A DNA stretch of 64,000 bases from Planctomycetota bacterium. Its GTDB lineage: Bacteria; Planctomycetota; UBA1135; UBA2386. The notes under the pieces were generated by a model. That model did not search any database. It was not told the DNA's origin and saw nothing but the letters and a program-made list of their open reading frames with translations. The translations under genes were made by a program, and so were the position numbers. Positions 8,566 through 18,684 of the stretch are shown here, in pieces. The stretch spans positions 320,001 to 384,000 of the forward strand of contig JBKAGP010000001.1 of the NCBI GenBank assembly GCA_046290465.1, in the 5' to 3' direction. Each line of letters begins with the position of its first letter. The stretch's first letter is position 1.

Positions 8566-10869
8566 ATGAACCGAACCCCATCCGGCACTCTCCCCATCCT
8601 GCTGCTCCTGGCCGCTGTCGCCACGCCGCTGGCGGCGCAGCAGCCCGACCCGGTCGCCACCCGGACCCGCCACGGCGTGTTCGAGGACGAGCTCGGCCGG
8701 ATCACCGCCGATGGCGTCGACTGGCGCGCCGAGTTCGCGCGCGGCGCGACGTTGGAGGTGCCGGCGATCCTCTCGGCCGCGACGACGCCGCGGCTGGAGC
8801 TGCAGTTCGTCGGTGCCGGCCGTAGCGGCGGCTGGCTGCCCGCCGACGCGGCTGCCCAGGCCAGCCGGCTCGGCGAACGCGTGCAGTACGTGCACGGCGG
8901 GGTGGTCGAGCGCTACCAGGTGGGGGCGACCGGCTTCGAGCAGTCGTTCGTGTTCGCCAGCAAGCCCGCCGGACACGGCGACCTGGTCGTGCAGATCGGC
9001 GTCGGCGGCAACGTCACCGCGCCGGCGGCCGCCCTGCGCCAGCAGGCGCTGGAGTTCTCGTGCGACGGGGCCCGGCGGATCCGCTACGGCGAGGCGGTCG
9101 CGTTCGATCGCGGTGGCAACCGCACGCCGGTCGCAACCCGCTACGACGGCCTCGGCAGGATCGAGCTGGTCGTGCCGGCCGCGTTCGTCGACGGTGCCCG
9201 CTACCCGCTGGTGGTCGATCCCGCAGTCGGACCGGTGCTCAACCCGGGCGGCCCGTCGTGGAACGACACCTCGCCGGACGTCGCCTACGACCTCGTCAAC
9301 GACACCTACATGGTCGTCTGGGAGCGCATCTTCTCGTCGACCAACCGGCAGATCCGCGGCGAGTTGATCGACGGCGACGGCGTCACCCAGAGCGGCCTGA
9401 TCCAGGTCACGACGTCGGGCGTCAACCGCACGCCGTCGGTGGCGATGTGCAACAGCCTCAACCAGCCGGCCTTCCTGGTCGTCTGGGAGGGTGGCGGGGT
9501 GATCCGCGGCCGGATGTTCCACGGCAACTCGGGCGCGGCGCTGGCCGCCGCGTTCTCGATCTCGGCGCCGTTCGGGGGAGAGGTCGACCGACGTCCGGAC
9601 GTCAGCGGTCCCGGCGACGGCGCGATGATGGTCGTCTGGGACCGCCAGGCGGCCGGCCAGGCGGACCCGAGCGAGATCAAGTTCCGCGACCTGTACTGGC
9701 CGCAGCCGGCGTTCCCGCAGACGTTCTCGTCCGGCGTCGAGCGCACGCTCTACGTCGCCTCGTTCGCGTCGGGCTACGCGCGCGCGCCGCGCATCGCCGA
9801 GAGCGACGTCGACGTGATGGTGGTCGGCGAGACCTGGCACGCCAACCGGGTCGTGTTCGAACGGTTCTACAACTCGCCGGCGCCGGGCGACGTCGACGTG
9901 TTCACCGTCGCGTTCCGGGTGCGGCAGTCGCCGTCCGCTCTGGTGGGGTTGGATCCGCCCAGCGTGGTGACCGCGAACGGCGCCGTCGGTCCCGACGAGG
10001 TCACGCCGTCGATCGGTGTGATCGCCAGCTCGCGCACCAGCAGTGACGTGCAGTACTGCATTGCGTGGGAGGACGAGCGCGACGTCTGGGCCCGTATGTA
10101 CGACCTCGCCGGTACGCTGCTGCAGCCGATCTCGGTGCGCGCGACCAGCAACTTCGAAGGGGTGCCGGCGGTCGGTGCCGGTGCCTGTGAGTTCACCGTC
10201 GGCTACATGGAGATCATCCCGCCGGCCGAGTTCGAGGTCGACGTGCGCGCGGCGCGCGTGCTGCGCGACGGCACCGTCGCGATCACCGACCGCCTCGTCG
10301 ACCAGCCGGGTGGGCCCTTCCAGGGCGCGCTGCGCGCCGCCTCGCGGCCGATCCAGTCGGTCGCCAACCAGACCGAGACCAACACCACGATGCTGGCCTG
10401 GTTCGGCATGACCGGCCCGAGCGGCGGCATCAACGACATCCGGGCGCGCTTGTTCGAACCGGTGGTCGCCAACCAGTCGCCGTTCGGCGTCGCCTGCCCG
10501 GGGCCGCTCGGCGAGCTGCCGCAGATCGGCACCCTCAACGGCCCGGCGATCCCGGGCAACCACAAGCTGCGCATCACCGTCGACAACGCGCCGACCAACT
10601 CGCTCGCGTTCCTGGTGGTCAGCGACCAGCTGACGACGACGCCGATCCCGGGCGCGCCCGGCTGCAGCCTGTATGCCGGCCTGCCGTTGCTCGACGCGTT
10701 CCCGGCGGTGGTCAACAACAGCGGCTTCGGCAGCGTGATCCTGCCGATCCCGTGTTCGGTGCCGAGCGGGGTGACGCTGGCGTTCCAGTGGGGCGTGTTC
10801 ACGCCGGGCTGGAACAACTTCGGCTGGATCGTCTCGGACGATCTCGACATCAGCTGGTCGCACTTCTGA
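8566..10869 (+). CDS. Large secreted protein with repeat/beta-propeller-like core and Cys-containing C-terminal domain
   Basis: Signal peptide ending LAAQ; N-domain VVERY...FEQSF...YPLVVDP; repeated P.V...[YF].VVWE blades. Confidence 0.75.
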   Translation: MNRTPSGTLPILLLLAAVATPLAAQQPDPVATRTRHGVFEDELGRITADGVDWRAEFARGATLEVPAILSAATTPRLELQFVGAGRSGGWLPADAAAQASRLGERVQYVHGGVVERYQVGATGFEQSFVFASKPAGHGDLVVQIGVGGNVTAPAAALRQQALEFSCDGARRIRYGEAVAFDRGGNRTPVATRYDGLGRIELVVPAAFVDGARYPLVVDPAVGPVLNPGGPSWNDTSPDVAYDLVNDTYMVVWERIFSSTNRQIRGELIDGDGVTQSGLIQVTTSGVNRTPSVAMCNSLNQPAFLVVWEGGGVIRGRMFHGNSGAALAAAFSISAPFGGEVDRRPDVSGPGDGAMMVVWDRQAAGQADPSEIKFRDLYWPQPAFPQTFSSGVERTLYVASFASGYARAPRIAESDVDVMVVGETWHANRVVFERFYNSPAPGDVDVFTVAFRVRQSPSALVGLDPPSVVTANGAVGPDEVTPSIGVIASSRTSSDVQYCIAWEDERDVWARMYDLAGTLLQPISVRATSNFEGVPAVGAGACEFTVGYMEIIPPAEFEVDVRAARVLRDGTVAITDRLVDQPGGPFQGALRAASRPIQSVANQTETNTTMLAWFGMTGPSGGINDIRARLFEPVVANQSPFGVACPGPLGELPQIGTLNGPAIPGNHKLRITVDNAPTNSLAFLVVSDQLTTTPIPGAPGCSLYAGLPLLDAFPAVVNNSGFGSVILPIPCSVPSGVTLAFQWGVFTPGWNNFGWIVSDDLDISWSHF

Positions 10870-10902
10870 TCGGTGTGCGACACTGGTCGCCGAGTGAAGC
10901 CC

Positions 10903-12426
10903 ATGCACGACGCGATCCGTCCCGCCCTCGTCGCCACGTCGCTCGCCTGCGCGCTGCATGCGCAGGCGCTGCCGGCGTCGGTGTTCTCCGACCACATGGT
11001 GCTGCAGCGTGACCAGCCGATCGCGGTGTGGGGAACGGCCGCGCCCAACGAGCCGGTCACCGTGCTGCTCGACGGCACCGAGGCGCGTGCGACGGCCGGC
11101 CCGGAGGGGGACTGGCTGGTGCACCTGCCGCCGCACGCGGCCGGCGGGCCGTTCGATCTGGTGGTGCGCGCGTCCAACGACGTGACCATCTCGGACGTGC
11201 TGGTCGGCGAGGTCTGGATCTGCTCGGGGCAGTCCAACATGAGCTGGTCGATGCGGCAGCACCAGGACACCGAGAAGGCGCTGCCGGACTCGGCCGACGA
11301 CCGGCTGCGCGTGATCCAGTTTCCGCGGGTCGCGGTGCGCACGCCGCAGCGCAGCATCCAGGCGCGCTGGCAGCCGGCGGGGCCCGAGTCGCTGAAGAAC
11401 TTCAGTGCGGTCGCCTACGGCTTCGGCCGGCACCTGCGCGCGACGCTCGACGTGCCGGTCGGGCTGGTGCACACGTCGTGGGGCGGCACCCGCGCCGAGG
11501 CATGGACGCGCGAGGCGGCGCTGCAGCGGCACGAGGTGCTGCAGCCGATCCTCGAACGGTGGCAGCAGATCTACGACCGCTACCCGGACGCCAGGCGGCG
11601 CCACGACCAGGCGATGGCCGAGTGGAAGGTGCGCGCCGCGGCCGCCAGGAAGGACGGCAAGAAGGCGCCACGGCGGCCGGGCGCGCCGATGGGGCCAGAT
11701 CACCGGCACGCGCCGGCGCGCCTCTACAACGGCATGATCCAGCCGCTGGTGCCGATGACGTTCCGTGGCGCGATCTGGTACCAGGGCGAGTCGAACGCGC
11801 CGCGGGCCTACCAGTACCGCACGCTGTTCCCGACGATGATCCGCGACTGGCGCGATGCGTTCGGCCGCGGGCAGTTCCCGTTCCTGTTCGTGCAGCTGGC
11901 GGCGTTCGAGGACAAGCGCGGCGACCCGCGGGCGTGGGCCGAACTGCGCGAGGCGCAGACGATGACGCTGTCGCTGCCGAACACCGGCATGGCCTGCATC
12001 ATCGACCTCGGCCTGAAGAACAACATCCACCCGCCGCACAAGCTCGAGGTCGGCCGCCGGCTGGCGCTGCAGGCGTTGGCCGGCACCTACGGCCAGGACG
12101 TCGTCTGCTCCGGACCGATGCTCTCGCACTACACGATCGAGGGCGAGGCCATCCGCCTGCACTTCGACCACGTCGGCTCGGGCCTGCAGCAGCAGGGCGA
12201 CGCGCTGGTCGGCTTCGAGATCGCGACCGAGCGCGGCGCCTTCGAACCGGCCGTGGCCGTGCTCGACGGCGACACCGTGGTCGTGCGCGGCACCATGGCC
12301 TCACCGCGCCACGTCCGCTACGCCTGGCGCCACTGGCCCGAGATCAGCCTGCGCAACCGCGAAGGCCTGCCCGCCATCCCGTTCCGCACCGACACCCGCA
12401 CCCCCGTCACCGCCGACGCCCGCTGA
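10903..12426 (+). CDS. Sialate O-acetylesterase family protein
   Basis: FSDHMVLQRD, GEVWICSGQSNM, WGGT, IWYQGESN, IHP..K..VG.RLA. Confidence 0.92.
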   Translation: MHDAIRPALVATSLACALHAQALPASVFSDHMVLQRDQPIAVWGTAAPNEPVTVLLDGTEARATAGPEGDWLVHLPPHAAGGPFDLVVRASNDVTISDVLVGEVWICSGQSNMSWSMRQHQDTEKALPDSADDRLRVIQFPRVAVRTPQRSIQARWQPAGPESLKNFSAVAYGFGRHLRATLDVPVGLVHTSWGGTRAEAWTREAALQRHEVLQPILERWQQIYDRYPDARRRHDQAMAEWKVRAAAARKDGKKAPRRPGAPMGPDHRHAPARLYNGMIQPLVPMTFRGAIWYQGESNAPRAYQYRTLFPTMIRDWRDAFGRGQFPFLFVQLAAFEDKRGDPRAWAELREAQTMTLSLPNTGMACIIDLGLKNNIHPPHKLEVGRRLALQALAGTYGQDVVCSGPMLSHYTIEGEAIRLHFDHVGSGLQQQGDALVGFEIATERGAFEPAVAVLDGDTVVVRGTMASPRHVRYAWRHWPEISLRNREGLPAIPFRTDTRTPVTADAR

Positions 12427-12509
12427 CAGGTCGGAACGTACCGTTTCGTAGGCCTGGCGGTTCCGTAGGTCTGGTTCCGGGAGCAGATCCTGCGGGCCAC
12501 GAACGGCCA

Positions 12510-14519
12510 CTACTTGCCGGGCTTCTGCAGCCGTTCGCGGATCCGCGCCGCGACCTCTTCGCCGAGCAGGCGCGAGCCCTCCTTGGTGAAGTGCACGTCG
12601 ACCCGCGGCTGGATCCGCTGCTGCCGCGCCAGCACGAACGCGTGCAGGTCGACCACGTCGACGCCCTGGTCCGCCATCACGGCCCGGGCGATGGCGTTGT
12701 AGCGCGGGGCGTCGTCGACGTCGCGGTGGGGCTTCACGCCGCCCTCCGGGATCGGCGTGGTCGTCGCGAACACCAGCTTCGCGCCGGTCGCCTGCAGCTT
12801 GCCGACGATCTCGCGCAGCTGCCGTTCGTAGACCTCGGGCTCGGCCTGCCGGCCGTGCTTCGGGTCGTTCGAGTTCCGCCCGTTCGGCTGGACCCGCTTC
12901 AGGTCGTGCAGGCCGAAGTTGAACCAGATCAGGTCCCACTCGCCGCCCTCGATCTGCAGCCAGCGGTCGACGTTGGCGACGCCCTTGGTCGTGCCGGCGC
13001 AGTTCTCGGCGGGGCGCAGCACCCAGACGTCCTGGCGCAGCAAGCGCTGCACGAAAGGCGTGTAGCCCATCGAGATCGAATCGCCGAGGATCAGCACGCG
13101 CTGCTTGCCGGCGTTCTCGGCGGCGATCTCGGCGCGCACCGGGTCGTATTCGCGGTTGACGCACTTGTCCTTCCAGCGGTCGAGCACGGCGCGCAGGCCG
13201 GCGCGGGACTCGGGCTGCTGGCCGCGATCGCCGGTGCGCCGGATCCACGCGTCGAGGATCGCCCGGTGCAGCAGCAGCGACGGCCGGTGGCTGTCGCGGC
13301 CGGCGAGGTTGTCGACCTGGTGGGGATCGGCCTGCAGGTCGTAGAGCTCCTCCCGCGGCCGCCGCGCCCCGTAGAACTGCATCTGGTCGCCGTTCAGCTG
13401 GCCGGCCGCGGCCCGTTCGCGCAGCTGCCGGGTGATGCGCCAGGCGTCGCGGTACTGCGGCTGCATGTACGGCCGGTCGGGCAACTCGTTGCGGATGTAG
13501 CGGAACCGGTCGGTCACCACCGCGCGGATGCGATCGATGGTGTAGTCGCAGCGGTCGCGCGCGCTGACCACGAACGCCCGCGCGTAGCCGTCGGCGAACA
13601 CGTCCTGGCCCTGCATCGCCGCGGGCCGCGCGACCCCGGCCATCGCCAGCGTCGTCGCACCGAGGTCGATGCCGGACACCAGGTCGTCGCGAACGCCGGC
13701 CGGCACGCCCGGTCCGGCGACGATCCACGGCACCTTGACGCCGCCCTCGTACAAGAACTGCTTGTGGCGGTGCATCCGGTAGCCGTGGTCCGAGAAGAAG
13801 AACACCACCGTCTCGTCGAGCAGGCCGTCCTTGGCGAGCGCGGCGAGGATGCGCTTGACCTCGCGGTCGGTCTTGTGGATCACGTCGTAGTGGTGCGCGA
13901 TCTCCTCGCGCACGACCGGCGTGTCGGGATAGTAGGGCGGCACCTCGACCTTGCTCGGGTCGACCTTCGCCGGCTCGTTGTTCTTGCCGCCGCGCAGCTG
14001 GATCTGCCCGAAGAACGGCTTCTGCGCCGCCGCCGCCGGCCGCCACAGCGACGCGACCTCGCGCAGCCGGTCGAGCCGCATGTCGGGATCGTGATGGTCG
14101 TAGAGCGCCTCGGGGTCGTGCGTGAAGTTGTAGTCGAGCTTGCCGCGGTTGAACGTGTAGTAGCCGGCCTCGCGCAGCAGTTCGGGGATCGTGCGCACGC
14201 CGTCCGGCAGCGCGATCTGGTCGTCGGGCGTGCGCGAACTGCGGTGGTTGTGCGCGCCGATGCTCGTCTGGTAGCAGCCGGTGATCACCGCCGAACGCGT
14301 CGGCGAGCACACCGCGGACGGCATGTAGGCGCGCTCGAAGCGCGCGCCGCGCGCCGCCAGCGCGTCGATCGTCGGCGTCTGCGCCAGCTCGTCGCCGTAG
14401 CAGCCGAGCCAGTCACAGAGGTCCTCGACGTAGATCCACAGCACGTTCGGCCGGTCCTGGGCTGGCAGCAGCCCGGCGCAGAGGACCAGCGCGAACACGC
14501 ACGAGGCGAAGCGGTTCAT
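12510..14519 (-). CDS. Sulfatase fused to a C-terminal SGNH/GDSL hydrolase
   Basis: RPNVLWI..ED, CSPTR (CxPxR) plus SAVITG, SDHG; C-terminal LILGDSIS...NFGLHD...DVHFT. Confidence 0.9.
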   Translation of the reverse strand: MNRFASCVFALVLCAGLLPAQDRPNVLWIYVEDLCDWLGCYGDELAQTPTIDALAARGARFERAYMPSAVCSPTRSAVITGCYQTSIGAHNHRSSRTPDDQIALPDGVRTIPELLREAGYYTFNRGKLDYNFTHDPEALYDHHDPDMRLDRLREVASLWRPAAAAQKPFFGQIQLRGGKNNEPAKVDPSKVEVPPYYPDTPVVREEIAHHYDVIHKTDREVKRILAALAKDGLLDETVVFFFSDHGYRMHRHKQFLYEGGVKVPWIVAGPGVPAGVRDDLVSGIDLGATTLAMAGVARPAAMQGQDVFADGYARAFVVSARDRCDYTIDRIRAVVTDRFRYIRNELPDRPYMQPQYRDAWRITRQLRERAAAGQLNGDQMQFYGARRPREELYDLQADPHQVDNLAGRDSHRPSLLLHRAILDAWIRRTGDRGQQPESRAGLRAVLDRWKDKCVNREYDPVRAEIAAENAGKQRVLILGDSISMGYTPFVQRLLRQDVWVLRPAENCAGTTKGVANVDRWLQIEGGEWDLIWFNFGLHDLKRVQPNGRNSNDPKHGRQAEPEVYERQLREIVGKLQATGAKLVFATTTPIPEGGVKPHRDVDDAPRYNAIARAVMADQGVDVVDLHAFVLARQQRIQPRVDVHFTKEGSRLLGEEVAARIRERLQKPGK

Positions 14520-14541
14520 GACAGCAGCGTAGCGAGCGGCG

Positions 14542-15813
14542 ATGATGGCGTCGCCGATGCCGGACGACTCCGCCTCCCAACCGCCGCTGCGGCTGCTGCG
14601 CGTGCTGACGCGCCCGAACCTCGGCGGCCCGACCCGGCAGGCGATCGCGCTGTGGCACGCGCAGCGGTCGCTCGGCATCGAGACGCTGCTGGTCACCGGC
14701 GCGGTGGGGCCGGAGGAGGTCGAGCTGTCGCCGGCGGGCCATGACGTGCCGCCGCTGCCGCCCGATGCCCGCCGCGCCGGGCGGCTGCGCCCGGGCTGGC
14801 TGCAGCTCGCCGATCTCGGCCGCGGCGTCGACCCGTTGGCCGATCGGCGCGCCGGCCGCGAGCTGCGCCAGCTGATCCGCGCCTGGCGGCCGCACGTCGT
14901 GCACACCCACACCAGCAAGGCCGGCATGGTCGGCCGCCGCGCCGCGCGCGCCGAACGCGTGCCGGTGGTGGCCCACACGTTCCACGGCCACGTGCTGCAC
15001 GACTACTTCTCGTGGTTGCCGTCGCTGCTGCTCGGTCGCCTCGAACGTCGCCTCGCGCGCCACACCGACCTGCTGTTCGCGGTCAGCGCCAGCTGCGCCG
15101 ACGAGCTGGCCGCCTGCCGCGTCGCGCCGCGAGCGCGCTTCGCCGTCACGCCGCCGGCCGTCGAGGTGCCCGAGGCGCTCGGTCGCGATGCCGCCCGAGC
15201 CCGGCTGGGACTGGCCGCCGACGCGTGGGTGGTCGCTGCGGTCGGGCGGCTGGTCCCGATCAAGCGGCTGCACGACTTCGTCGAGATGGTCGCGCGTGGT
15301 GGCCAGCCGGCGGGCCAGCCAGGCGACCAGCCAGGCGACCTGCCAGGCGACCTGCACGGCGACGTGCTCGGCGACGGCCCGCTGCGCGACCAGCTCACCG
15401 CCCAGGCAGAACGCACCTGTGGCGGCCGTCTGCGCGTGCGTGGCGCCGAACCCGATGCGGCCCGGCTGCTGCCCGCCTACGACGCGGTGGTGCTGCCGAG
15501 CGTGCGCGAGGGTTGCCCCCTGGTCGCGATCGAGGCGTTCCTGGCGGGGGTGCCGGTGGTCGGCTACGACGTGCCGGGCGTGCGCGACGCGCTGGGTTCG
15601 GTCGGGCGCGGTCTGCTGGTCCCGGTCGCCGACGGCCCGGCGGGGTTGCTCGAGGCGGTGGTTCGGATTCGCAACGACGCGAACCTGCGATCGACCCTGG
15701 TCGACCAGGCCGTGGCAGCGAGCCGGCAGTGCCGTCCGGAGGTCGTCGGCCGGCAGCTGGCGGCGGCCTACCGGGGGGCCCTGGCCGCCGGCGGATCCTC
15801 CGTTACCATCTGA
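14542..15813 (+). CDS. Glycosyltransferase family 4
   Basis: GGPT, VHTHTSKAG, HTFHG, VGRLVPIK, EGCPLVAIEAFLAGVPVV; start could be 14545 or 14557. Confidence 0.9.
   Translation: MMASPMPDDSASQPPLRLLRVLTRPNLGGPTRQAIALWHAQRSLGIETLLVTGAVGPEEVELSPAGHDVPPLPPDARRAGRLRPGWLQLADLGRGVDPLADRRAGRELRQLIRAWRPHVVHTHTSKAGMVGRRAARAERVPVVAHTFHGHVLHDYFSWLPSLLLGRLERRLARHTDLLFAVSASCADELAACRVAPRARFAVTPPAVEVPEALGRDAARARLGLAADAWVVAAVGRLVPIKRLHDFVEMVARGGQPAGQPGDQPGDLPGDLHGDVLGDGPLRDQLTAQAERTCGGRLRVRGAEPDAARLLPAYDAVVLPSVREGCPLVAIEAFLAGVPVVGYDVPGVRDALGSVGRGLLVPVADGPAGLLEAVVRIRNDANLRSTLVDQAVAASRQCRPEVVGRQLAAAYRGALAAGGSSVTI
15303..15374 (+). repeat. In-frame 12-bp tandem repeat, about 6 degenerate copies
   Basis: ccagccaggcga x2, cctgccaggcga, cctgcacggcga, cgtgctcggcga; encodes QPAGQPGDQPGDLPGDLHGDVLGD. 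Confidence 0.8.
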
Positions 15814-15865
15814 CGCGGCTGGGCTAGCCGCGATCGGCGGCGCCGCCCCGTCCGCCTCGACCCTC

Positions 15866-16612
15866 ATGCGATACCTTCCGGTGTGCGTGCTCGCCGTGCT
15901 GCTCGCGGCGTGCGGCGATCTCTCGGTCCAATCGGTGCCCGGGAGCGAGACGATCCCGGCGGCGCTCGAAGGGGAGTGGCGGGGCAACTGGCGCTCGACC
16001 CGGACCCAGGACATCGGCGCCGTGACGATCCGGATCCAGGAGTTCGCCGGCGAGCCGGTGGTGTCGCTGACGATCGACAATCCGTGCCTGGAGCCGGCCG
16101 ACTACGACCTGGTGCTGGCCGGTGGCGTGATCGCGCTGCAGGCCGACGGCGTGACCGTGCTCGAGGCCAGCCTGGCGCGCCCGGATCGACTGACCGGCAC
16201 GTTCGGCTGCGCGCTCGACGAAGGCACCTGGGCGGCCGACCTGATCGGTCCGCTGCCCGAGCCGATCGACCTGAGCGGCAGCTGGGAAGGGCGCGTGTTC
16301 GTGCCGGGTGCGTTCACCGAGGAGTTCGGCGTGACGCTGCAGCAGTCGGTGCGTTCGGGGCGGCTGGCGCTCAACGCGCTCGCCGACATCCCGGGGGTGC
16401 TGCCGTTCCAGATCCCGATGCGCGGCTACGTCGTGTTCGGCGACGACGACTTCGACATCATCCTCGAGACCGAGCCCGGCGTGCAGCCGCAGCTGGTGCT
16501 CAGCGGCAGCGGCGACCGCGATCCGCTGGCCGTGCCCACCGGCGTGCTGCAGGTGCTCGGCCAGACGCCGCTGCCGTTCTCGCAAGGCCTGGTGGAGCTG
16601 GAGCCCAGATAG
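15866..16612 (+). CDS. Hypothetical lipoprotein with two similar beta-rich modules
   Basis: MRYLPVCVLAVLLAAC lipobox; LEGEWRG and LSGSWEG repeats. Confidence 0.7.
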   Translation: MRYLPVCVLAVLLAACGDLSVQSVPGSETIPAALEGEWRGNWRSTRTQDIGAVTIRIQEFAGEPVVSLTIDNPCLEPADYDLVLAGGVIALQADGVTVLEASLARPDRLTGTFGCALDEGTWAADLIGPLPEPIDLSGSWEGRVFVPGAFTEEFGVTLQQSVRSGRLALNALADIPGVLPFQIPMRGYVVFGDDDFDIILETEPGVQPQLVLSGSGDRDPLAVPTGVLQVLGQTPLPFSQGLVELEPR

Positions 16613-16616
16613 CGGC

Positions 16617-17072
16617 GTGGGCGACTTCCTCGGCGCGTTCGCGGTGCTGGTCCGCGAGCAGCGGTACCTGTTCGTCGCCAACGACCGTGAGATCGACGGG
16701 CGCGTGCAGCGCGTCTGGGACCTGCCCGGTGGCCGCGTCGAGGCCGGCGAACTGCTCGAGGAAGCGCTGCGGCGCGAACTCGACGAGGAGACCGGCCTGC
16801 GGCTGGTCGGTGCGCCGGAGTTCGTGTTCGTGCAGGAGGGCGAGCGCATCGTGCGCGGCGAGCGGCAGTACGCGTGGCGTTCGTTCTTCTTCGCGGTCGA
16901 GGCCGACGGCGAACCGCGCGCCGGCCACGAGGTGCTCGACGTGCGCTGGATGACGCGGGCCGAGATCGAAGCGGAGTGCCACGCGCCGTACCACGACAGC
17001 TTCCGCCACTGGTTGCGCGCCGGCGGTCGCCATTTCGTCAGCGACTGGCGCGATCGCGGCGATTCCGCGTAA
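16617..17072 (+). CDS. NUDIX hydrolase
   Basis: Nudix box GGRVEAGELLEEALRRELDEETGL. Confidence 0.9.
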   Translation: MGDFLGAFAVLVREQRYLFVANDREIDGRVQRVWDLPGGRVEAGELLEEALRRELDEETGLRLVGAPEFVFVQEGERIVRGERQYAWRSFFFAVEADGEPRAGHEVLDVRWMTRAEIEAECHAPYHDSFRHWLRAGGRHFVSDWRDRGDSA

Positions 17073-17101
17073 CCGTGGCGCGATCCGGTCCCCGATAGCG
17101 T

Positions 17102-18628
17102 GTGGGACTGCTCGCATTCGCGGTGGCGCTGGCGGCGCCGATCTGGACCTGGACGAGTGACGGCTCGCCGCTGCGCATCGGCCTGCGCGTGCCGCGCGAG
17201 GCGGTCGCCGACGGCCTGGCGCTGCGCGGTGAGGGCCAGCTGCAGTGGCGGCCGCTGCCGGTGCGCGGCCACAGCGACGACCGGACTGCGGACAGCGGGG
17301 GGCGCGACGAGGTCTGGATCGAGCTGGCGATCCTGGCGCCGCGAGGGCGCGTGCAGGTGGTGGCCGGAGGGCGCGGGCCGGACCTCGACGGCCGCGGGGC
17401 CGCGTTCGTGCTGCGGCGCGAGCAGCGCCGCGTCGCGCACGGCCTCGAGCAGACCACCCGCTGGGAGTGGTGCGATGGCACCGTCGACGAGCGCTGCCGG
17501 GTGACGTTCACCGCCGCGACCGAGATCGCTGGCGAACGGTTCGAGGCCGGCGAGGGCTGGACCCGGCAGAGCCCCGGCCTCGCGACGCGCGCGCGCTGGT
17601 GGCAGCGCAGGGGGCGCGCCGAGGCAGAGCGCTGCGGGCTGTTGCCGGTGCGGGGACGCGGTGGCGGCACGACCGCGCGGCTGCGGCGGCACCTCGGTGA
17701 GGTCGTCGATGCGCTGGTCGAGATGCCGGGTGCCCGCGGCGCCGGCGACTTCCGTCGCGCCGACGGCGAGGTGACCAACCTCGAGTTCGACACCGCGTTC
17801 GCGCTGCTGCGCTGCGCGGTGGCGCTGCAGCACGCGCGGGCGTTCGCGCTGGCGCAGCGGTGCGCCGCGCAGCTGCGCGACCGCGACCTGGACCTGCGCA
17901 GTGGCCTGCCGTTCGTGCACGGCGTCGACCACCGCACCGGAGTCGTCGAGACCGGCCACGTCTGGCTGCGCGGGCTGCTGTGGGTGGGGCTGTTGACCGC
18001 GGACGACGACGCGCTGGTGGCGGCGCGCGCGCTCGGCCGTTCGCTCGCGGTCAACCTGCCGCAGGGCACGGGCCGCAACGAGCGGCTGCGTTCGTACGCG
18101 TGGCCGCTGGCCGAGCTGGAGGCGCTGCTGCGGGTCACCGACGAGCCGATCGCCGCGCGGGCGGCCGACCGGCTGGCCGCCGCGATCGCGCTGCGCTACG
18201 ACCCGTCGGCCTGCACCTGGCGGTTCGGCGAGGGCCGGCAGCGCGACGGCAGCCACTTCGAGCGCGCCTGGTTGACCGCGGGCCTGCTGCTGCCTGCCCT
18301 GCGCGCACACCACGCTCGCCGGCCCGCCGAGCCGCTGCGCGACCAGATCGATGCGGCGAGCAAGCGGCTCGCCAACGAGGTCGGCCGCGGCGTGCGCGGC
18401 CTGCCGACGCACTACCGGCTACGGCGCGGCCGATCGTTCGCGCACCACTTCGAGCGCGGCACGGTGTGCTCGACCTGGCTGCTCGAGGCTTTCGACGCCC
18501 GGCGCCAGCGGCAGCTGCTCGGCCGCGCCGCCGTGCGCCGCGCCACCACCGCCCTGCCCGCCCTCGACGACCCCGACCTGCCCACCACCTTCACCATGCT
18601 CGCCCGCTGCGACTGGCCCTGGCACTGA
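17102..18628 (+). CDS. Hypothetical protein, possibly YetA/exo-rhamnogalacturonan-lyase-like alpha/alpha toroid
   Basis: NLEFD...DRD...H...GHVW..GL...LLT pattern recalled from that family; start uncertain. Confidence 0.5.
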   Translation: MGLLAFAVALAAPIWTWTSDGSPLRIGLRVPREAVADGLALRGEGQLQWRPLPVRGHSDDRTADSGGRDEVWIELAILAPRGRVQVVAGGRGPDLDGRGAAFVLRREQRRVAHGLEQTTRWEWCDGTVDERCRVTFTAATEIAGERFEAGEGWTRQSPGLATRARWWQRRGRAEAERCGLLPVRGRGGGTTARLRRHLGEVVDALVEMPGARGAGDFRRADGEVTNLEFDTAFALLRCAVALQHARAFALAQRCAAQLRDRDLDLRSGLPFVHGVDHRTGVVETGHVWLRGLLWVGLLTADDDALVAARALGRSLAVNLPQGTGRNERLRSYAWPLAELEALLRVTDEPIAARAADRLAAAIALRYDPSACTWRFGEGRQRDGSHFERAWLTAGLLLPALRAHHARRPAEPLRDQIDAASKRLANEVGRGVRGLPTHYRLRRGRSFAHHFERGTVCSTWLLEAFDARRQRQLLGRAAVRRATTALPALDDPDLPTTFTMLARCDWPWH

Positions 18629-18684
18629 CCCCAAACGTTGCCGTACGGTACGCGGTTCGTCCGACAACCTTCGCGGCGCCGGCC

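Noticed and set aside
15303..15374. Repeat considered as a CRISPR array
   Set aside because: 12-bp contiguous units with no spacers, inside a CDS; no cas genes in the window
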